This document shows, in pieces, positions 37,694-50,679 of a DNA stretch of 64,000 nt. This DNA comes from Pristiophorus japonicus (Eukaryota), in assembly GCF_044704955.1 (NCBI RefSeq), contig NC_091978.1, positions 259,656,001 to 259,720,000 of the forward strand, given 5' to 3'. The notes below the pieces were generated by a model. It worked only from the letters and a program-made list of their open reading frames with translations, did not search any database and was not told the DNA's origin. How positions within the stretch are numbered: position 1 is the stretch's first letter; each line of letters starts with the position of its first letter. A program made the position numbers and the translations under genes.

Positions 37694-39979
37694 CTATTAA
37701 TTTCAGTTCAGGAAAAATTAGACAGCATTATTTTTATGCAATTAAAACCAAACATGAGACTATTCCAATCATATGCCAAATACCACCATTACTATAGTTC
37801 AAACATAAAGGAGCATGCTGTACATTTTTAATCTCACATCTGAAGTGATCAATGAGACTGTGCAAGTGTTTCATTTTCACCACTGCCCTTACGCCCTGCC
37901 CCAAGACGTACATCCTGGAAGCAATCTGGTCTGAACCAGCCCAGGAATAACCCTCCGTACAATTTTTTCCCGATGCTCTGTGGGGATTTATGATAAATCA
38001 CTCACCTGCCCCTTTCCCAAAGCAGCAGTGGAGATAAGAGTTAACCTGAAGGGAGGGTAAAGAAAGAAACAAAAAGGGAAATGGGGGTGTGCAGATTTAA
38101 AAAGTATATAAGAGAGCGTGTTAAAGTGACAGAGAGCACATGCTCAAGTGCAAAGGAAGGAAAGGATTCCAATTGCAGCAACTGGTGTTTGCAATTCAGC
38201 ACTCTAAGTAAAACTTGAATTACTTACAATTGTGATTTTTCTTCCATAAAACTGAAATTTCTCAATGTTTGTTCAACTTTTCATATTAACCTTGAGAAAC
38301 ACTTTAAACATTATGGGTGCTGCATTAATGACTATAAAATCTCCTCTTTCACAACCTTCGGCAGATTCTAAAGGGTAGAACATTTACCCACATCCCACTC
38401 AGTGACAAAAGAGAACAGAGGTGGCTGGGTAGCGCTGGTTCCAACCTTCAGACCTGGGCTCCTGTCTAGCCCAGGCTATCGTTCCGTGTTGTCCCTTTTC
38501 TGATTGTAAAGGTCTTAGGTGAAATTAATTGGGGGGAGGGTTTGGGGCTGAGAAGGAAGGATCCAAGATGTGGTTTATCATGGTAGAGGGCCCATACCAC
38601 AATCACCCACATAATTCAACGCAAACCACTAATCTCAATCTAAGCATAGTACGAGTCAAGTGCAGTAAGGGGTATTTTTCCAAAGCCATGGCTAGGCATC
38701 CAGCCTGTGAGAACCTGCTGCTGACAGTGGAGGACAAAGTGAGTGCGCATTCCCCAGCGTCTGCGCACATTTAGAGGCTGAACTCCCAAGTCATAGTCAA
38801 CATCTTCACTAAGGCGTACGAAAGCATGGGTCTTACACTAAACATCCTTAAGACAAAGGTCCTCCACCAGCCTGATCCCACGACACAGCACTACCCCCAG
38901 CCATCAAGATCCACGGCGCGGCACTGGACAACATGGACCACTTTCCATACCTCGGGAGCCTATTATCAACAAGGGCCGACATCAACGACGAGATTCAACA
39001 CCGTCGCCATTGCGCCAGCGCAGCCTTTGGAAGAGAGTGTTCGAAGATCAGGCCCTCAAATCTGCCACCAAGCTCATGGTCTACAGGGCTGTAGTGATAT
39101 CCGCCCTCCTGTATGGCTCAGAGACGTGGATCATATACAGTGGACACCTCAAACCGCTGGAGAAATACCACCAACGATGTCTCCCCAAGATCATACAAAT
39201 CCCCTGGGAGGACAGACGCACCAATGTTAGTATCCTTGACCAGGCCAACATCCCCAGCATCGAAGCACTGACCACACTTGACCAGCTCTGCTGGGTGGGC
39301 CACATTGTTTGCATGCCTGACACAAGACTCTCAAAGCAAGCGCTCTACTCGGAACTCCTACACGGCAAGCGAGCCAAAGGTGGGCAGAGAAAACATTTCA
39401 AGGACACCCTCAAAGCCTCCTTGATAAAAATGCAACATTCCCACCGACACCTGGGAGTCCCTGGCCAAAGACCGCCCTAAGTGAAGGAAGTGCATCCAGG
39501 AGGGCGCTGAGCACCTCGAGTCTCATCGCCGACAGCATGCAGAAACAAAGCACAGGCGGCGGAAGGAGCGTGCGGCAAACCAGTCCCACCCACCCTTTCC
39601 TTCAACGACTGTCTGTCCCACCTAAGACAGGGACTGTAATTCCCGTATGGACTGTTCAGTCACCCAATAACTCATTTTTAAAGTGGAAGCAAGTCTTTCT
39701 CGATTTCGAGGGACTGCCTACGATGATTTTGATCATTTGTATGTTTTCATTTAGGATTCTTATCATCCAAAACAAAGAGAAAAATAGTAATTATGCCCAC
39801 GTGCAATCTGGTGTGTGCCAGGTAATATGATGTGTTCATACCACCAGCACCCCCAATAGAAACACAAGCTATCAAAGAAAATGTTGGCTGGTACAATGCC
39901 TTCAAATGTAGCTCAGGAATGTTATATTGTAGTCACAATAGTTCAGGTTGTACCCCAACACTAACTCACAAAAGGATAC
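37694..39979 (-). other. U12-type (minor spliceosome) GT-AG intron of GAR1
   Basis: Donor GTATCCTTT (39979-39971); branch-like TTCCTGAAC (37714-37706) close to the AG; no polypyrimidine tract. Confidence 0.85.
38750..39728 (+). mobile_element. RTE-clade LINE 3' fragment
   Basis: KLMVYRAVVISALLYGSETW, RLSKQALYSEL...GGQRKHFKD motifs; GAGGGACTGCCTA(CGAT) tail. Confidence 0.85.
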
Positions 39980-40134
39980 AAAATCTCTGAGCTGTCCAAA
40001 TATTTCATCAACTTTTCCGATCTGTTCTTTGTTTTCCAAGTAAACTGGTGCATTGAAATAAGGGACTTGATTTGCTTCTGAGGTGCACTTGCAAACAATT
40101 TCATCTTCACAAGGATGCATGAAATGTCCCAATT
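39980..40134 (-). CDS. GAR1: GAR1 coding exon 2 (core domain)
   Basis: [52 protein letters not shown]. Confidence 0.97.
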
Positions 40135-40956
40135 CTATACAATGGTAGCAAAGGGTTAGACAAGTATAATCTCATTAAATCTGCACATCAGAATTCATGT
40201 GAAAGTGTGATATATGTGGAACATTACATGTTTTCCTCCCACCAATTTTGATAATTTCTCATTTGAACCCCAGTCCCAGAGGTGATAGAAGTGCTGACTC
40301 ACTGCACCATCCAGATCCCCAAGTCAATTTGTTACTTTGAGAGCCTTTTTTAAAAGGATTCTTAAAACAGTATAAATATTGGAAGCAGGTTGAACCTGAT
40401 CTAACACTTTAGACAAGTATTCACTAAAAAGGCTTGGAATCAATTAAATTTGTCAACAGCCTGGAACAGTAAAGACTTAGTTTGATCAAAGACAGGATGC
40501 AAAATGTTTGCAAATTCATTATATACAGACAATGTTTCATAGTAAATAAGGTTTGCATTAGCAATATGGCACTTGTAATGCAGTGTGAAATGATTGACAT
40601 CACTACAACAGGTCATTACTATTTGTTGCAGGAAATTAATAAAAGGGAAACCAGAATCCCTCTTCCTTCGCTGAGCTGAGTGTTCGCCAACACTCAGCTT
40701 TGCTTTATTACTAGTAATCGAGCATAAAATCTGAAGCATTATATGTGCAGAATTTGAATTATTTGTGTAATCAATTAAAAACAAATAGCCGTTAACCTCT
40801 TTAGCCAGTCTGCCTCAATAATCTCTCAAACAATCTAAACTTTATGCCAAGTGGACTAATGACTGAGCTGCAGAAATATTTAATACTTATCTGAATTGCA
40901 ATTAACCCTTGATTTAGGACAGTGGTATTTTTGTCGATTGTATTGTTAGTACATAC

Positions 40957-41185
40957 CTACTACGCTGTCAGGAGGCCCCTGATCATATCCTCTATTGAAG
41001 CCTCCTCGCCCACCACCTCGGAATCCTCCTCCACCACGCCCTCCTCTTCCTCCACCATAGCCGCCACCTCTTCCTCCACCATAGCCACCTCCTCCTCCTC
41101 TTCCTCCGCCGTAACCTCCTCCTCCTCCTCCTCTGAAGCCGCCTCCTCCTCCTCCTCTCCCGCCCCTACCTCCACGGAAAGACAT
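40957..41185 (-). CDS. GAR1: GAR1 coding exon 1 (H/ACA RNP subunit 1, N-terminal RGG box)
   Basis: MSFRGGRGG...YDQGPPDSVV; an acceptor at 41200-41201 implies an upstream non-coding exon. Confidence 0.96.
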
Positions 41186-41555
41186 TTCAATCGAAAATTC
41201 TGAAAGGAAAAGATTAATTTCATCAGTCAGTAAATGAGGATCAGTTCCCTTCATTGAAAAACAGTAACAGAGCTTGCAGTCATACATACAAGGGTTCAGT
41301 ATTCACCATGACTGAGTTGCTAAGGGACAAGCAAACATCCCTGAAATTCTGCATCTCCAAATCTCCAAATGGTTGAACTATTGCTCGACATGGAATGGTT
41401 TCTGTCCATACTGTCAGGAAATGGAGTCACATTTAACAGTACAAAAGATATTGGGCGATTTTAATTATCCGAATCAGACAGGGATGAAGGTAATGTGTCT
41501 TGTCAGAGTGGCAAGGTGTTTTAGAATGCATTTAATACTGCTACCTAATTACTAT

Positions 41556-41865
41556 GGGCTAGACTTTCCACTTTCAGGCTAAGGCCGAAAAAAATGGGCC
41601 TTGTTCCAGCGATGCGGGACCTATCGCCCGTGCTGATCGCCTGCTCAAGGCCCATTTTTTTTTTTTGCGATTTTCCACTCGGCCTTAGCCCAGCGATGTC
41701 AAATGGGCGATGTCATTTCTCGGCGATCTCCTGATCGCCCAAAGAAAACGGAAGTGAATGAAAGAAAGCGCTTTCCTAGCAACGCATTACTGCGCATGTG
41801 CAGGTTGATGCTTCTTCCCATGTTTTGAGAGGTCAAGGATCTTCACACATGCTCAGAGGCTCTGG

Positions 41866-41929
<64 letters not shown>

Positions 41930-43110
41930 AAAGGAAGCAGGTCAGAAAGTCTTATCCAAATTGCAGATAAATTTAAAGAATGGAGGGAGGTGCAGGAAAG
42001 AGAAGGGCCAAACCCTTCAGCGAAGAGGCAAATGAGGCCCTCGTAAATGCTGTCAGCTCCAGGTGAGAGGATCTGACACGGGGCGGGCAGGGGAAACCTC
42101 CACCCCGTGCATATCAAAGGATTTGGTCTGAAATAGCTAACGTAGTCACATCGGCCTCCAATGAAACGCACACACCGGACCAGTGCCACAAACGGTGGAA
42201 CAGCCAACTGGCAGCTGCGAGATTAGTTGAAATTTATATGTATTATTTAATGATCTAAATAGTAACTAGAATCTGCAATGTTATTGGGTTACATTTAAAC
42301 ATAACTAAATTTTACGCAACCCAGCAAAAGTTAAATGTTCACTTGTTATCATTACTTAACTGTTTCCTTTCCATTCTTTCTGAAATGGTCACTTGTTGGC
42401 AGCACTGAAATGGCCACTTGTTCTGTAAAATGTTCATTTCTTCTTGTAACGTTTTGGGGATTTTGAGGGAAGGATGGGTTGGTGCCGGGGGTGGGGGGGT
42501 TGGAGGGAGGGTGTTGTTCATTAGTTCTTTGTTAATAAAAAAAAAATTTCTATAAATTTTTGAACCTTCTCTCTTACTTACATAAGTTTTACAACGTACA
42601 GTTCTTCATGCAGATTTGTTTGTTTATTCTGTTTCCCCACGGAATATCATTAAATAACTTCACTATGTAAAAGCTATTTAATAAATAATTCCAATATATG
42701 CATAAATAAGGTGATAATACCTATTTATATTCCCTGTCCCAAATTTCTGAGTACAATTTGCATCAATTTTACTCTCTAAATAACTCAGCACAATTCTCCA
42801 GCCTTCCTCAGAGGCTAAAAATGGTGTTCCGTAGTGCCCATTCCCCTCTCTAAGGCCCTGCTAAAGCAACTATTTTTGAGCACTCTTTTGGGCCTTGCAT
42901 CGGCCCAGCGAAGTGCATGCTAAGTGCTGAAACTTGGGGTGGGCCCTGTGTGGGCGATCATCTCAGCGATCAAAGTGGAAACTTGGGAGCCTATTTTTCC
43001 GGCGATATTTTGGGCCTAGTTTCCACTTTTTGCTCAAAATGGGCGCTAGAGGTCCATTTTGGGCCATAGATGGGCCTTAGATGGGCGATGTGAGGTGGAA
43101 AGTCTAGCCC
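41556..43110 (-). mobile_element. Non-autonomous Harbinger deletion derivative
   Basis: Same TIR GGGCTAGACTTTCCAC at both ends, TSD TAT, Myb exon remnant (RAKPFSEEANEALV...DQCHKRWNS), (GA)n tract at ~41867-41925. Confidence 0.9.
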
Positions 43111-43648
43111 TATGTATCTAGTCCAACAGGAATGAAGCATGGCTTGAATTCGTTCTGGAAAATGCAGTGTGGAAAACTGATGAGACTCCACAACCAGCTA
43201 CTTCCTTAAACCTCTCCGGAGCTTCTCTGCTCTCACTTCGAACATCAAATGTGAGGAGCTTATATCAAAGCTTGAATAATTATACACAATTGCCTCATCC
43301 TGCCCTTAAACTATATCATGTCTCCTGGCCCTGCCCATAGAACTGTACAAAGTGATTATCTACACAAACATTTTTGCACCTTCTGCACATGCCTGTGGTC
43401 GGCCCGGTAAACTATACCAGGACTTCTGCCCCTGCTAATCTTCATACCCACCATCTCAGTTTCTTCCCCATCAAGATAGAATTAGGAACTTTAAAGTAGA
43501 TAAAGAAGCCAGAATATTTTAGAATTAGAAATGTTTTAGATAGAATTAGGAATCTTAAAATAGACAGGACAGCCAATCCAGATGATAGCTAGTTTTTTTT
43601 TTAAAAGACCATTTTTCTATTTATTCTCAATTTATGTACAACTGTGCT

Positions 43649-44062
<414 letters not shown>

Positions 44063-44266
44063 TTAACAGCTCGGTGGGGGCTGGGACAGTTCCCTTAGAC
44101 TGGAAGGAGACTAATGTAGTTCCAATCTTTAAAAAAAGGACGACAGCAATAGGAAAGATGCTTGAGGGAATCATTAGGGATGCAATATACGATTACTTAA
44201 ACAGAGAACTAAATATTAGGGACAACCAACTTAGCTTCAAAAATGGAGGCCCTTTCTAATTTCATT

Positions 44267-47200
44267 GGGGCCAAGTTTCAGTCTGAGTTGCTCCTGTTTT
44301 TTTGGAGCAACTGGTTTAGAATGGAGTATCTTAGAAATTTGAATTCTCGGCATTTAGTTTGTTCCAGTTCTAGTCAGTTAGAACAGTTTCACTTTGGAAC
44401 AGAATTTTTTTTTTTCAAAAGGGGTCGTGTCCGGCCACTTACGCCTGTTTTCAAAGTTTAGGCAGTACAAACTTACTCAAAACTAACTTAGAATGGAGTA
44501 AGTGAAGATTTTTGTACGTTCGAAAAAACCTTGTCTACACTCTGGAAAATCAGGCAGAGGTTATAAATTAGGCGTAGGGAATGAGGGGTGGTGGGGGGGT
44601 TTAAAGGGAAGTTGACAAACATTAAATACTTCAGTTTTACAAATAAAGAGCCATCATCAATAATAAATGATAAATACATCAATAAATCAATCAATCAAGG
44701 GGGGTGGGGAGGGGGAGGGAAAGAGAGAGAGGGAGGGGAAGGGGGAGGGCGGAGGGAGGGGAAGGGGGGCGAAGGGAGAGGGCGGAGGGAGGGGAAGGGA
44801 GAGGGCGGAGGGAGGGGAAGGGAGAGGGCGGAGGGAGGGGAAGGGAGAGGGCGGAGGGAGGGGAAGGGAGAGGGCGGAGGGAGGGGAAGGGAGAGGGCGG
44901 AGGGAGGGGAAGGGAGAGGGCGGAGGTGGGGAAGGGAGAGGGCGGAGGGAGGGGAAGGGAGAGAGCGGAGGGAGGGGAAGGGAGAGAGCGGAGGGAGGGG
45001 AAGGGAGAGAGCGGAGGGAGGGGAAGGGAGAGAGCGGAGGGAGGGGAAGGGAGAGAGCGGAGGGAGGGGAAGGGAGAGAGCGGAGGGAGGGGAAGGGAGA
45101 GAGCGGAGGGAGGGGAAGGGAGAGAGCGGAGGGAGGGGAAGGGAGAGAGCGGAGGGAGGGGAAGGGAGAGAGCGGAGGGAGGGGAAGGGAGAGAGCGGAG
45201 GGAGGGGAAGGGAGAGAGCGGAGGGAGGGGAAGGGAGAGAGCGGAGGGAGGGGAAGGGAGAGAGCGGAGGGAGGGGAAGGGAGAGAGCGGAGGGAGGGGA
45301 AGGGAGAGAGCGGAGGGAGGGGAAGGGAGAGAGCGGAGGGAGGGGAAGGGAGAGAGCGGAGGGAGGGGAAGGGAGAGAGCGGAGGGAGGGGAAGGGAGAG
45401 AGCGGAGGGAGGGGAAGGGAGAGAGCGGAGGGAGGGGAAGGGAGAGAGCGGAGGGAGGGGAAGGGAGAGAGCGGAGGGAGGGGAAGGGAGAGAGCGGAGG
45501 GAGGGGAAGGGAGAGAGCGGAGGGAGGGGAAGGGAGAGAGCGGAGGGAGGGGAAGGGAGAGAGCGGAGGGAGGGGAAGGGAGAGAGCGGAGGGAGGGGAA
45601 GGGAGAGAGCGGAGGGAGGGGAAGGGAGAGAGCGGAGGGAGGGGAAGGGAGAGAGCGGAGGGAGGGGAAGGGAGAGAGCGGAGGGAGGGGAAGGGAGAGA
45701 GCGGAGGGAGGGGAAGGGAGAGAGCGGAGGGAGGGGAAGGGAGAGAGCGGAGGGAGGGGAAGGGAGAGAGCGGAGGGAGGGGAAGGGAGAGAGCGGAGGG
45801 AGGGGAAGGGAGAGAGCGGAGGGAGGGGAAGGGAGAGAGCGGAGGGAGGGGAAGGGAGAGAGCGGAGGGAGGGGAAGGGAGAGAGCGGAGGGAGGGGAAG
45901 GGAGAGAGCGGAGGGAGGGGAAGGGAGAGAGCGGAGGGAGGGGAAGGGAGAGAGCGGAGGGAGGGGAAGGGAGAGAGCGGAGGGAGGGGAAGGGAGAGAG
46001 CGGAGGGAGGGGAAGGGAGAGAGCGGAGGGAGGGGAAGGGAGAGAGCGGAGGGAGGGGAAGGGAGAGAGCGGAGGGAGGGGAAGGGAGAGAGCGGAGGGA
46101 GGGGAAGGGAGAGAGCGGAGGGAGGGGAAGGGAGAGAGCGGAGGGAGGGGAAGGGAGAGAGCGGAGGGAGGGGAAGGGAGAGAGCGGAGGGAGGGGAAGG
46201 GAGAGAGCGGAGGGAGGGGAAGGGAGAGAGCGGAGGGAGGGGAAGGGAGAGAGCGGAGGGAGGGGAAGGGAGAGAGCGGAGGGAGGGGAAGGGAGAGAGC
46301 GGAGGGAGGGGAAGGGAGAGAGCGGAGGGAGGGGAAGGGAGAGAGCGGAGGGAGGGGAAGGGAGAGAGCGGAGGGAGGGGAAGGGAGAGAGCGGAGGGAG
46401 GGGAAGGGAGAGAGAGGAGGGAGGGAGCGGAGGGAGGGGGGAAGGGAGAGAGCGGAGGGAGGGGAAGGGAGAGAGCGGAGGGAGGGGAAGGGAGAGAGCG
46501 GAGGGAGGGGAAGGGAGAGAGCGGAGGGAGGGGAAGGGAGAGAGCGGAGGGAGGGAAGGGAGAGAGCGGAGGGAGGGGAAGGGAGAGAGCGGAGGGAGGG
46601 GAAGGGAGAGAGCGGAGGGAAGGGAAGGGAGAGGAGGGAGGGGAAGGGAGAGAGCGGAGGGAGGGGAAGGGAGAGAGCGGAGGGAGGGGAAGGGAGAGAG
46701 CGGAGGGAGGGGAAGGGAGAGAGCGGAGGGAGGGGAAGGGAGAGAGCGGAGGGGAGGGGGAAGGGAGAGAGCGGAGGGAGGGGAAGGGAGAGAGCGGAGG
46801 GAGGGGAAGGGAAGAGCGGAAGGGAGGGGAAGGGAGAGAGCGGAGGGAGGGGAAGGGAGAGAGCGGAGGGAGGGGAAGGGAGAGAGCGGAGGGAGGGGAA
46901 GGGAGAGAGCGGAGGGAGGGGAAGGGAGAGAGCGGAGGGAGGGGAAGGGAGAGAGCGGAGGGAGGGGAAGGGAGAGAGCGGAGGGAGGGGAAGGGAGAGA
47001 GCGGAGGGAGGGGAAGGGAGAGAGCGGAGGGAGGGGAAGGGAGAGAGCGGAGGGAGGGGAGCGGAGGGAGGGGAAGGGAGAGAGCGGAGGGAGGGGAAGG
47101 GAGAGAGCGAGGGAGGGGAAGGGAGAGAGCGGAGGGAGGGGAAGGGAGAGAGCGGAGGGAGGGGAAGGGAGGAGAGCGGAGGGGAGGGGAAGGGAGGAGA

Positions 47201-48857
47201 GCGGAGGGAGGGAAGGGGAGAGAGCGGNNNNNNNNNNNNNNNNNNNNNNNNNNNNNNNNNNNNNNNNNNNNNNNNNNNNNNNNNNNNNNNNNNNNNNNNN
47301 NNNNNNNNNNNNNNNNNNNNNNNNNNNNNNNNNNNNNNNNNNNNNNNNNNNNNNNNNNNNNNNNNNNNNNNNNNNNNNNNNNNNNNNNNNNNNNNNNNNN
47401 NNNNNNNNNNNNNNNNNNNNNNNNNNNGGGAAGGGAGAGAGCGGAGGGAGGGGAAGGGAGAGAGCGGAGGGAGGGGAAGGGAGAGAGCGGAGGGAGGGGA
47501 AGGGAGAGAGCGGAGGGAGGGGAAGGGAGAGAGCGGAGGGAGGGGAAGGGAGAGAGCGGAGGGAGGGGAAGGGAGAGAGCGGAGGGAGGGGAAGGGAGAG
47601 AGCGGAGGGAGGGGAAGGGAGAGAGCGGAGGGAGGGGAAGGGAGAGAGCGGAGGGAGGGGAAGGGAGAGAGCGGAGGGAGGGGAAGGGAGAGAGCGGAGG
47701 GAGGGGAAGGGAGAGAGCGGAGGGAGGGGAAGGGAGAGAGCGGAGGGAGGGGGAAGGGAGAGAGCGGAGGGAGGGGAAGGGAGAGAGCGGAGGGAGGGGA
47801 AGGGAGAGAGAGCGGAGGGAGGGGAAGGGAGAGAGCGGAGGGAGGGGAAGGGAGAGAGCGGAGGGAGGGGAAGGGAGAGAGCGGAGGGAGGGGAAGGGAG
47901 AGAGCGGAGGGAGGGGAAGGGAGAGAGCGGAGGGAGGGGAAGGGAGAGAGCGGAGGGAGGGGAAGGGAGAGAGCGGAGGGAGGGGAAGGGAGAGAGCGGA
48001 GGGAGGGGAAGGGAGAGAGCGGAGGGAGGGGAAGGGAGAGAGCGGAGGGAGGGGAAGGGAGAGAGCGGAGGGAGGGGAAGGGAGAGAGCGGAGGGAGGGG
48101 AAGGGAGAGAGCGGAGGGAGGGGAAGGGAGAGAGCGGAGGGAGGGGAAGGGAGAGAGCGGAGGGAGGGGAAGGGAGAGAGCGGAGGGAGGGGAAGGGAGA
48201 GAGCGGAGGGAGGGGAAGGGAGAGAGCGGAGGGAGGGGAAGGGAGAGAGCGGAGGGAGGGGAAGGGAGAGAGCGGAGGGAGGGGAAGGGAGAGAGCGGAG
48301 GGAGGGGAAGGGAGAGAGCGGAGGGAGGGGAAGGGAGAGAGCGGAGGGAGGGGAAGGGAGAGAGCGGAGGGAGGGGAAGGGAGAGAGCGGAGGGAGGGGA
48401 AGGGAGAGAGCGGAGGGAGGGGAAGGGAGAGAGCGGAGGGAGGGGAAGGGAGAGAGCGGAGGGAGGGGAAGGGAGAGAGCGGAGGGAGGGGAAGGGAGAG
48501 AGCGGAGGGAGGGGAAGGGAGAGAGCGGAGGGAGGGGGGAGGGGAAGGGGAGAGAGCGGAGGGAGGGGAAGGGAGAGAGCGGAGGGAGGGGAAGGGGAGG
48601 GAGGGGAAGGGAGAGAGCGGAGGGAGGGAGAGAAGGAGGCTGAACGGCTGGGCCCAAGACTTCGGGCTGGATTTACAGGTCGGTGGCGTCGGGTCTCAGG
48701 GGACGGGAAAGAATTGCGGAGGTCCCGGGCGGTGTTCGGGGGCGGGGGGAGAAAGAGAGTCGTGGAGGTCGAGGGTTGGGGGTGGGCAGAGAGTCGCGGA
48801 GTTCGGAGGCGGGGAGAGAGTCGCGGAGGTCCAGGGATAGGTTGGGTTGGGTCGAGG

Positions 48858-48891
<34 letters not shown>

Positions 48892-49272
48892 AAGAGGCGG
48901 TTGGGGTCGGCTCGGGTCCGGTCAGGTGGGAGGTGAGCCTTATCCACGCAGCCACACTGAGACCATTCGGCCAGGGCCAGGGGCTGCGTGCTTCGGGCCC
49001 CTCCCACAGTTTTGGGCGCCTAGAGCTGCTGCACATGCGCGCCCACCGTAGCGCGCATGTGCAGAGGTCCCGGCACTGTTTTCAGGGCAGGGACCTGGCT
49101 CCGCTCCGCCCCCCCCCCCCCCCCAAAGCTCGTGCTGCGCCTCGCCCAGCTCCAGAGGGCTTGCAGGGTACCGGAGAATCGGTGAGTTTTTTTTCGGCGC
49201 ACTTTGTGGCGCGAAAAACAGGTGTCCAGGTCCGGGCTGCGCCGTTTTAGGCACAACCCGAAACTTGTGCCC
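44267..49272. mobile_element. Harbinger-like non-autonomous element containing the satellite
   Basis: Imperfect TIR GGGGCCAAGTTTC / GAAACTTGTGCCC; flanks ATT and ATA. Confidence 0.65.
44700..48640 (+). repeat. 23-bp polypurine tandem repeat (GCGGAGGGAGGGGAAGGGAGAGA)n with a 200-N gap at 47228-47427
   Basis: Read directly; the 23-aa periodicity in all frames equals 3 units. Confidence 0.97.
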
Positions 49273-50679
49273 ATAGAATCATATAATGATACAGCATAGA
49301 GCAAGCCATAGTGCCTGTGCTACCTCTTTGAGCTATACACTTAGTCCCATTCTCCTGCCTTTTTTTCATAGTCCTGCAAATTTTTCTCCTTCAAGTATTT
49401 ATCCAATTCCCCTTTAAAAGTTATGATTGAATCAGCTTCCATCATCATTTCAGGCAGTGCATTCTAGATCACAACAACTCGCTGCATTTGCATTTTTTGA
49501 TTAAATACCTAAGATAGTGGATGAGCGAAACCCGGGTGTCTCCCTTGACTTCCAAAAAGCTTTTGATCAAGTACCACACGAGAGGCTTCTCTACAAGATG
49601 GGCATTAGTGAAAATCTACTGCGCTGGATTGAGAATTGGCTGGAAGGCCCTCGGAAGACAGTTGTAGATGGATTTGGATCTGCTTGGAGACCGGTGGTGT
49701 CCCGCATTGGTGTTAAGGTCTTTACCATTCATTATTTTTATTAATGATCTAGATATAAGTGTTAATATCAGCTGCTAATTTGCAGATCGTTCCTCTAAGA
49801 TATGTGCGAGAGTTCGGACTGTAGACGATGCTCGACTACTACAGGCAGATTGAGATGCGCTGAGGGAATTGGGCTGATGATTGGCAAATGATGTTTAACT
49901 TAGAAGTGTTATGCATGTGGAAAAGGTCAATCCACGATAAGACAAAGTATACTATTTTGTACAAGATCTTGGTCTGGCCTCAGTTAGAACAGTGCGTACA
50001 GTTTTGTTCTGCTCACATAGCAGGTGATATTGAGGTTTTGGAAAGGGTGCAGAGGAGAGCCACAAGAATAATTCCCAGTATGAAGCATCTCTATTACCAA
50101 GATAGGCTCCAAGAGCTGGCATTCTACACTTTAAAAAAACATAGACTTAGGGATGATTTGATCGAGGGTTATATGATGATGAAGGAATAGATTGTTTGTG
50201 TTAACAGTTTGTTTCAACTAAATAGGTTAGGGAGAACCAGGGGTCACAATTTCAAGTTGTACAAGGCCAGATCTAGGTTAGATACCAGAAGGTGAATCTT
50301 TTCCCAGTGAATAGACGACCAGGTTCAGGTGCAGTGGATAAGATTTGGTGAATTCCTTCAAACGAGAGCTGGACCTGTTTCTGGCTGGGGCAGAGATCAT
50401 CCCGTACTAAAGGTAGGTACTCTATAATATCAGGACCAGAGTGGCCTCTAGGACTAGTTTTGATTGTCTAAGGGAGAGAAGAGGAATTCTCCAGATTTCT
50501 CTCCACTAATTGGCCTGGGATTTTATTTGGTTTTTCACCTCTCCCAGATTACATGGCTTTCATGTGGGGTGGAAAATGTATAAACTGTTATACACAAGAC
50601 ATCAAAGTTGTGTGGTACAGGCTGAATAGACGAGTGTGTTTTGCTGTCTGCCGTTGTTCATATGTAAACCCTTGACGTC

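Noticed and set aside
44588-49250. 1300-1500-aa Gly/Arg/Glu- or Pro/Ser-rich ORFs on both strands
   Set aside because: Artefacts of a stop-free 23-bp satellite open in several frames and spanning an N gap
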